Program-made: the position numbers and the translations under genes
Shown here: positions 54,770 through 64,000 of the stretch, piece after piece
Layout: every line of letters starts with the position of its first letter
How positions within the stretch are numbered: position 1 is the stretch's first letter
The notes under the pieces: model-generated
Databases searched by the model: none
The model's input: only the letters and a program-made list of their open reading frames with translations
Told to the model about the DNA's origin: nothing
Assembly (NCBI RefSeq): GCF_009914755.1
Contig: NC_060932.1
Origin: the human T2T-CHM13v2.0 reference genome, Homo sapiens
Length of the DNA: 64,000 nt
Direction: 5' to 3' (one strand)

Positions 54770-54853
54770 TTTCTGGAAACACATTGTTAATAAAACACAT
54801 ACACCCAAGTTCTTGGCTTAGGGTCTCCTTCAGGGAGAACTTGACCTGTGATA
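54770..54853 (+). mobile_element. LTR16-like 3' end fragment
   Basis: AATAAAA...CTTAGGGTCTCCTTCAGGGAGAACTTGACCTGTGATA. Confidence 0.45.
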
Positions 54854-55101
54854 GATCATTATTATTGTGTTACTAACTTTGTGTACCTCCTTCTGTTGTT
54901 TTCCACTTTCTTATATCCAGGACATATTTTCTGAGTTTTCTCATTGACACATAGAGATTTCACTTCTTAAAAATAAATCTAAATAATTATTGAGAGCTCT
55001 AAAATTAGTTGTTTCTTAAATTTATTATTTAGTTCCCAAAAGATGTTGGGTACTTACTGCTTTATCCCTTCTCTTTCCAGCACAGCTTTGCAGATAGATA
55101 A

Positions 55102-55570
55102 TGTCAAAGCAAAATCATCTTCGGTTCTCAAAATCACTAAGCTAAAGGGAAAAGTCAAGTTGAGAACTGCTTGGGACAAAAGTGCCTCCTATTCTATTCA
55201 AAGTAACCTCTCTGTTCACTGAAATAAATGCATATCTGATTGCCTACTCTGGAGAGGCTATTCAGAACCTCAAAAGAATGCAACCGTTTGACTCTTATCT
55301 CCTGTGACCTGGAAGCCTCCTCCCTGCTTTGAGTTGTCCTGCGTTTTGTTTGAGTTTTCCTACCTTTCTGGACCAAACAAAAGTTCATCTTATATATGTT
55401 GATTGATGTCTCATGTCTCCCTATAATGTATAAAACCAAACTGTGCTCTGACTCCTTGGGCACAAGTTGTCAGGACCTCCCGAGGCTTTGTCATGGTTGC
55501 ACATCTTCAACCTTGGTAAAATTAACTTTCTAAATTAACTGAAACCTGTCTCAGATATTTGGGGTTCACA
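55102..55570 (+). mobile_element. MER4A1 ERV1 solo LTR
   Basis: CAAAATCACTAAGCTAAAGGGAAAAGTCAAG...CTCAAAAGAATGCAACC...GGGGTTCACA, 469 bp. Flanks ATAA/ATAG. Confidence 0.9.
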
Positions 55571-55574
55571 ATAG

Positions 55575-55952
55575 TGTATTAGTTTGCTCTCACACTGCTA
55601 TAAATAATTGCCTGAGACTGGGTAATTTATAAAGGAAAGAGGTTTATTTGACGCACAGTTTAGCATGGCTGGGGAGGCCTCAGGCAACTTACATTCACGG
55701 CAGAAGAGGAAGGAAACATGTCCTTCTTCACAGGGTGACAACAAGAAGTGCCTAGTAAAAGGGGAAAAGCCCCTTGTAAAACCATCAAATCTGGTATCAT
55801 GGTGATTCTCACTCACCATCAGAAGAATAGCATGAAGGTAACTGCCCCCATGATTCAATTACCTCCCACTGGGTCTCTCCCATGACAGATGGGGATTATG
55901 GGAACTACAGTTCAAGATAAGATGTGGATGGGGACACAGGTAAACCATGTTA
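55575..55952 (-). mobile_element. THE1D-like MaLR solo LTR
   Basis: TGTATTAGTTTGCTCTCACACTGCTATAAA...GGGAGGCCTCAGGCAACTTAC...GGGGACACAGGTAAACCATGTTA. Confidence 0.92.
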
Positions 55953-56851
55953 GATAATATCTGCTTCTCCCCTAGCTGAATGTCCTTGATCTACGAAGCT
56001 AGGCTATGTAGTGGTGATATTAATCTGTTGACAACTATCTTGCATCAAACTATACACTGTAATATTTTAGGAGTCATGTCTTTTACATACCACCTTGTCT
56101 TCAATATCCAACACTGACTTAGTGTATAGTAGATGCTCAACACATACAAATAGCAACGTCAGTGAGACTTAAGTCGTTATCAAACTTGGTTGTTAAATAT
56201 GTGTATATACACATACATTTTGTTAGAACACTTAGCACTGTGTCTATTTTCTACTAGTGCTAAAATCCCAACTAGTTTATGCCTTAAAAAATAATTTCTA
56301 TAATAATATATGGTAGAGCCTATCACGTATGATTCTAAGCCTGAAATTTCAGTTATTTGTCCATCAAATGACATGGTATACATGAAATGACACATCCTCC
56401 ACAAATTCATGCAAAATTTTTTCAAACTCTAAATCTATATTCTGCATCTTAAGTAATGTCTAGGATGTATTCCATGACGTCTTCCTCCTAATTCCTATCA
56501 TGTTGCCCAGGGGAATCATATCCTCTGAAGGGATAAAGGGAGTCTTCCTCTTAATAGAAGGGGGTCCTTCAAATCTCCTGTAAAATTTTTCATACACTGA
56601 AAATGATAGACACCCAGTCTTCTGGTTAGTATAATGCATATCATATTAAAATTATGAAAACAAACAAAGCAAAAACAATGTGAAGAGCTCTGTTGTAGTT
56701 CTGTTAGTCAAAATGCAATACAGGTCAAAGCAAATAGCCAGTTGTCCTAATAGTGTTAGAGTCTAATGCCCAGCTGTATGTGATTCTCCTCTCTGTTGGA
56801 GGCTATAGAAAGATCCCCATGCCTCTGACTCTCTTACAAATAGGCAGAGCA

Positions 56852-57290
<439 letters not shown>

Positions 57291-60016
57291 TCATCTCCTA
57301 CTGTGGAAAACCATGAATTCCACTGTTGAAATAGTAAAGGCCCATTGGTTTAAAACGAAGGCAAAGTCTTCTCTCAACTTGTGCTCCCACAACATGTGTT
57401 GGAAAGACTGAATAAGTAAGACATAAATCTTTGTTTTATAAGCCCCTCAGATTTCAAGGTTAGTGTTTTCCATAGTGTAAACCAGCCTATGCCAACAGAT
57501 ATACAAGACAATTTTAAAATGTATTATTTTTGACAAGAGATACAAAATAATAATAAATATATAAATAAAGTCACAAAACATATACAACATAAGAAGAAAA
57601 AGAAAAATCATGATAAGTTTTAGGAAATCATAGATGTCCAAATTCTAATTAAAGCAGTGATGCTGTGAGTCAGAGCAATCTTGAGAAATCCTTAGCAGCT
57701 GAGAAAGCCATCACTGTTGACAAGCTTCTTAGGAGGCATTTATTTTCCCCCTTTTCTGATGTGGAGATAGGCAGACTGGGGCAAACGTTTTGCACTGCAA
57801 GGACTGTCACACATTGACTTTTGCTCCTTTCAGGGCCATCTAACCTGACATCTATCAGAGTGAATCTAATAATTTTAAATTTTCTCATTTGTGCTTTATG
57901 GCTTTCACATTGACAGTCTAGGGACAATGCTGAGTCTTGGATGGGAAAGTCAAGGACAAGAATGGTTAGCAGGCATCTTTCAGTCAATGCAGATGAGTGT
58001 CGAAGAGATTTAAAGAGGCAAAATGTGTGCCAAAAGTAGCAAAAACAGCTGGGAAACTTTTAGATAGTCTTACAAAATGACCTATGCCAACAATGATGAC
58101 TGCAGCTATCAAAATCAATATTTATAATTGTAAGTAGTCATAGAATACCATGTTTATTTTTTATGAATTTGAAATCTAATAAGTTTAACTTATTTTTCAT
58201 GTATATTTACTTATTTGAAACTTCCAAAATTATTTTTAATAATTTTGTAAGAGTCAATCAAAAGTATTAATACAATAGGAGTAAATCCAGGTGGGTATGT
58301 TACACATTGTCTTACTTAGATTTATTTTCTACAAACCATATTTGAATTTGCAGAAGCACTACATTGATGAATTTATTAAATAATTAAGTACCCCCAATAT
58401 CTGGACAGTGTTCTAAAGTTAATTTATGTAAAGACAGATGCATTAGAAATAAATTTATTAAATTGGGCAAAGTCTAAAAATAGCAAATATATTATGTCTT
58501 ATTTCAAAAATGCCAGTTTTTATCAAGCAGAGATGGAGATAGAAAAAAAAAATCTATTTAAAAATGGACATTCATGACTGGCAAGACACGGAAAACATAA
58601 AATTGTACCAAGACTAAAAATATCAATAAATTTATTTATTTGCGAATGTCAGTTTTTACCTAGCTGAGCTGTTCATGCAAAGAAAAATTACAATTTCTTG
58701 AGTAGGTTGTACTTCAAAAATAGCTTAGTGCCCCTAGAATCCATACTAAATTAAATAATGCAAAGTAGCAAAGTAGAATCTTTTCTCTTTAGCACAATTA
58801 CCCATCACTAATTAAGTCATCTAACTAGATTTTTGATAAATTAAAAACTGATTAAGCCATCCCAAACTATGCAATTATACAAAATAAAGTAAAAAAAGAA
58901 AACCTTGTATTTTATCATTGCCATTTAAGAGTAAAAATGCTAACAAAGATAGACTATAAAAATGAATTTTAACAAAGTAATTATAAAACAACAGTACATT
59001 TATAATTTGAAGACCCTATCTTGGACATGGGGCACCATCTCCTGATCCTTGAAGTTGGTTCTGAAATTGGGAAATAATGAAAAAGTAAAGTACTACTTTT
59101 CTTATAGGCAGAATAGGAGACCTTCCTGGAAGGGAGTCAAAGGAAAGGAGGTCTGCCCTGGACACAGGATAGATTTTCTTTTTCACAGAGAACCTGCAGG
59201 TCAAACACAAGTTCTGTGAAGGGAGATGGTTGAGAGTATAGCACTTTTATTGGGGGTGGATTGGGGTATGGAAGAAGAAGGTAAAAGTGTTCTCACTTTA
59301 TATTTGTGATAGATTTCAAATATTTACCATTTATAAATGGCTTTAAAAGTCAGGAAATTTAGTAATTAGTAGATAGGTAATGTTACAAAACTATTATTTT
59401 GTTACTGTAAACACATCTCCAGATTATTTGTTTCTAGTAATATAAAATTACATAGGACCAAAACGTTTAACTCTTTAAAGAAAAATATTAGTTAAATCAA
59501 CAAATGTGCCTTTAAGTAAACAATTGTACTTGAAATAACTTTGCAAACATTCCTATGGACTAAAGATGGAAAGGGAACTAGCATCTGATGACTAATTCAA
59601 ACCTAACATTAGAACAGCCCTGAACAATGGAATCACATGGCCCGTTGGGCTTATCATGGCCCAGGGACTTGGGACAGAATGCCCCTGCCCAGAAAGAATC
59701 CAAAGCCTGGCATTCATTCATGTTTTAGAGCTCAAACTGAGAACACCATAGGAATCCAGACCTGAGAAAGCCATGTTGACTGAACACAGGGACCAGAGAA
59801 AAGTGTGACCACCAGCCAAAGATATGAGAGAACTGTGGTCTTCACCCCAAACACTCTTACAGGAAATCAACGAATGAATAAGTGAATGAATGGATGAATG
59901 TCTTCTACTCTCACATGGGCTTATGGGTCCAACGTAGACCATAATGTGGGATGGAAACATCCTAATGTCAGAAAATAAAGCAGTACATGATTGGTGGTGC
60001 TCAGTACCGGCAGTTA

Positions 60017-60326
<310 letters not shown>

Positions 60327-60918
60327 AAAAGAGGCATTCATGTTTTTTGTAGGGAGCCTTATCCCTGGGATACGCTCAGGTATAGCCCTACCAAATGTGA
60401 GATCACAAATCAAACTCACAGAACACTGAAGAACATGTTATCATAGTTAGAAAAAACAGAAATAAGAAACAGCACAGTACAATGCCCATAAAAATGCAGA
60501 CATTAATTTTATGAAGATCAAACTCTAAATGAATAATGATACTTTATTTTCCTCAATTCTAAAAGACCTAAAGAGCTTTTGTTCTGAAAATAACCTTGGT
60601 CAGAATTTAAAAGCATCTCGTTCTTTTTTGAAATATTATTTTTCAATTTTTTCTTATCTAACATTTTAATAATTGACATAAAAACAATATGTTAAGAAAA
60701 GATTAGATATAGCTAACAAGGAGATAAAGACGGCAATTAAAAATAAATATTTGTTTATTAGTTCTAACAAGTTTTTGGTGAAGTTTTTAGGGTTTTGTGT
60801 ACACAATCATGTCATGTGTAAACAGATAATTTTACTTCTTTTCCATTTTAAATATATTTCATTTCTTTTCTTATTTTCTTTTTTTGCCACATTGCTTCTC
60901 ATAGGACTTTTTGTACCA

Positions 60919-61293
60919 TGTATTAGTCCATTCTCATGCTACTATAAAGAACTGCCAAAGACTGGGTAGTTTATAAAGGAAAGAGATTTAATTGACTCAA
61001 AGTTTTGCAGGGCTAGGGAGGCCTCAGGAAACTTAACAACCATGGTGGAAGGGGAAGCAAACATGTCCTTCTTTACATGGCAGCAGGAAGGAGAAAAATG
61101 AGAAGTGAACAAAGCGGGAAGCCCCTTATAAAACAATCATGTCTTGTAAGAACTAATTATCATGAGAATAGCATGGAGGAAAGCACCTCCATGATTCAGT
61201 TACCTCCCACTTGGTCCCTCCCATGACTCATGGGGATTATGGGAACTAAAATTCAAGATGAGATTTGGGTGGGGACACAGCCAACCCATATAA
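60919..61293 (-). mobile_element. THE1D-like MaLR solo LTR
   Basis: TGTATTAGTCCATTCTCATGCT...GGAGGCCTCAGGAAACTT...GGGTGGGGACACAGCCAACCCATAT. Confidence 0.92.
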
Positions 61294-61592
61294 GACTATA
61301 TTGAATAGAAATGGTAAAGGTGGGCAGCCTTGCCTTGTTCTGATTTTAGAGGAAAAGCTTTTAGCTTTTCAGCATTAAGTATGATGTTAGTGATGTTAGC
61401 TGTCACATGCATAAAATTTATTTTGTGTGGTATAAACTTGGCCACCTTTGCTCTCTTTTGTTTTTCATTTATATCTTTTTGATCCCTTTATTTTCAGTCT
61501 ACGTGTGTTCTTAAAGCCAAAGTAAATTTTTTGTAGGCAGCATATAGTTGAATCTTGTTTCTTTTAGTTCATTCAGCCACCCATTCATTGTC

Positions 61593-62367
61593 ATATATAT
61601 GTAATTATATTAATTTCTATAATTATTTGTATAGAAATAAATTATATATACATACAATTATATTTTAATTAACAAATAATAATTGTATATATATTTATGG
61701 GGTATAATGTGAGGTTTTAATAGATGTTAGCACTATGAAATGATTAAATCAAACTAATTAACAAAATCATTACTTCACATATTATTTTTTGTAATGAAAA
61801 CATTTAAAATCTCTATTATCAATAATGTGTTATAATATACATCATATTATTATTTATTATAGCCATTATTCTGTGCAACAGATCACTAAGAATTATTTCC
61901 TCTGTCTAACAAAAATTTTATTAGATAATATTTGACCCTTTGATTAACATCTCCCCTGTCCCCATCAAATCCTCAACCCAGACGCTGGCAACCACTATTC
62001 TATTCTGTACTTTTATGAGTTCAGTGTTTTTAGATTTTACATGTAGTGAAATCATACTCAGAAAACCAAAATATAACAACCATATGATCCAGCAATGCTA
62101 GTTTTGGGTACATATCCAAAGGAATTAAAATCACTCTGCCCAAAGTATACATACTCCCATATTTATTGCAGCATTATTCACAATAACTAAGACACAACAG
62201 CAACCTGTTTATCATCAGATAAATAGACAAGAATATGTGGTATATATGAACAATGAAATACTATTTAATCTTAAGAAAAAAATAAAATTCTATCATTTGC
62301 AGCACCATCAATAAACCTAGGAGACACTATTTTAAGTGAAATAAGCCAGGCACAGAAATACAAATAC
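61593..62367 (-). mobile_element. Nested L1MA (MA5-MA7-like) 3' end with 5' inversion
   Basis: Antisense 3' UTR at about 61660-62057, sense piece at 62058-62367. TSD TCATTGTC at 61585-61592 and 62368-62375. Confidence 0.88.
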
Positions 62368-64000
62368 TCATTGTCTTTTGATAGAATAATTTAGTTAAAT
62401 TTAAAGTAATTATTGAACGTAAGGATTTACTATTGCCATTTTACAACTGTTTTTTGACCATCTTATAGATTATTTGTTTCATTCTTTTCCTTTTTCTGTC
62501 TTTTTTTTGTGATGATGTTTGTAGTGGTATGCTTTGATTCTTTTTATGTGTTGCGTATCTGCTGCAGGATTTTTCTTTGTAGTTATTATGTGGCTTCCAT
62601 AAAACATCTTATCATTATAAGAGTTTATTTTAAACTGAGAACAATTTAACTTTGGCGACATACAAAAACTCTACATTTTTAACCTGTTTTCCCTCTCATT
62701 TTATGTTATTGACATCACAATGTACATTTTTTAAATAGTATGTACACATTACCAAGTTATTTTAGCTATAGTAATTATTAATTCTTTGTCTTCTAACTTC
62801 TATTACAATTAAATGTGATTTACTCACCATCCTCATAGTATTATCATATTATGTATTTCATCATATTATTACCAAACAGCTAATTTTATACACCTTAATA
62901 TGTTTTCATGTTGTCATCATCCTTTCCTTTCCACTTGAAGAACTCTCCTTAACAGTTCTTGTATGGCAGACCTGTGGTGATAAACTTCCTCAGCTTTTGC
63001 TTGCCTAGGAAAGTCTTTATCTTCCCTTCATTTCTGAAGGAAAGCATTCCTGGATATAGTGTTTCTGGTTGACAGTCTGCATGTTTGTTTTAATTTTAGC
63101 ACTTCCAATATGTTGACACACTCTTGGCCTTCAAGGTATCTAATGAGAAATCTATTCATATTCTTTTGATGGTTCCTTAGTATATGACAGGTCCCCTTTC
63201 TCTTGTTGCTTTCAGAAGTCTCTCTTTGTCGTTGACTATTGAGAATTTGATTGTAATATCTCTCAATGAATATCTCTTTATGTCTAATATATCTGTGGTT
63301 CTTTGGGCTCCATGGATCTGGATATTCATTTCCTTCTCCAGATTTGGAATTTTTTGTCATTATTTGTTGAAATAATCTTTCTATTCCTTTCTCTTTCTCT
63401 TTCTCTTTCTCTGATCCTCTGACAATCCCAAATTGCATAGGTTGGTTTGCTTGATGGGTTCCCGTGAGTCCTATAGGGGTTTTATGAGTCTTTTTAATTC
63501 TTCTTCTGACTGGGTAATTTCAAATGATCTGTCTTCAAGCTTGCTTGTTCTTTCTTTTCCTTGATTGAGTCTACTGAATTCTTCTGCTCCGTAATTGTGC
63601 TCTTCATCTCCACAATTTCTGTTTATCTCTTTTAATGATTTCTTTCTCTTTGTTGAACTTCAAATTTTGTTCACATATTGTCTTCTTGATTATATTTAGT
63701 TGCCTACCTGTGTTCTATTGTAACTCACTGAAATTCTTTAAGAGGACGATTTTGTCAGGTAGTTTGTAGATCTTCATTTATTCAGGGTCAGTTATTGGTA
63801 CTTTATTTTCGTCCTTTGGTGGTATGAAATTTTCCTGATTATATTCATGATCCTGCTGAACTTGATCTGGTGTCTGCCTATTTGAAAAAGTTGGTGTTTC
63901 TCCCTGTCTTTACAGATTGCCTTTTTATCACCAGTCAGACTCTACATGTATTCAGAATTATCTGGCCATGGGGGTTCATGGGAAGGGTGACCTGGAACTT

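Larger units (their letters stand above)
60750..63930 (-). mobile_element. L1M (L1MA/L1M2-like) ORF2 to ORF1 remnant, internally deleted and interrupted by THE1 and a nested L1MA
   Basis: Antisense ORF2 at 60750-61400 jumps to the ORF2 start at about 61420. The ORF at 63028-63438 (KGIERLFQQIMTKN) is an ORF1p remnant. Confidence 0.85.

Noticed and set aside
63028-63438. 136-aa ORF
   Set aside because: It is a frameshifted L1 ORF1p remnant, not an intact gene.

Overview
This is AT-rich, CpG-depleted primate genomic DNA, almost certainly human, because it contains an AluYa5 with all five diagnostic bases. It reads as gene-poor intergenic or deep intronic sequence, and roughly half or more is recognisable transposable-element relics: about 14 Alu copies or fragments, several old L1M/L1MA/L1MB/L1MC/L1ME pieces, two short L1PA 3' ends, L2/MIR remnants, MaLR LTRs (THE1, MLT1), ERV LTRs (MER4D1, MER4A, MER4A1, LTR7C, MER50-like, MLT2, LTR16), DNA transposons (MER5A/MER5A1, MER6, MER47A, MER119, Charlie18a) and many simple repeats. 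I cannot support any protein-coding gene, RNA gene, CRISPR array or new multi-gene system. The supplied ORFs are chance frames, mostly inside repeats. The real points of interest are mechanistic scars: a 30-bp inverted templated insertion inside a microsatellite, a 48-nt Alu 5'-domain-only element with a poly(A) tail, three 5'-inverted (twin-primed) L1s, an LTR inserted into another LTR's target-site duplication (TSD), a possible chimeric Alu, and a few candidate regulatory motif clusters in unique DNA. Repeat family names come from recalled consensus sequences, not a database search. Boundaries of old elements are approximate.
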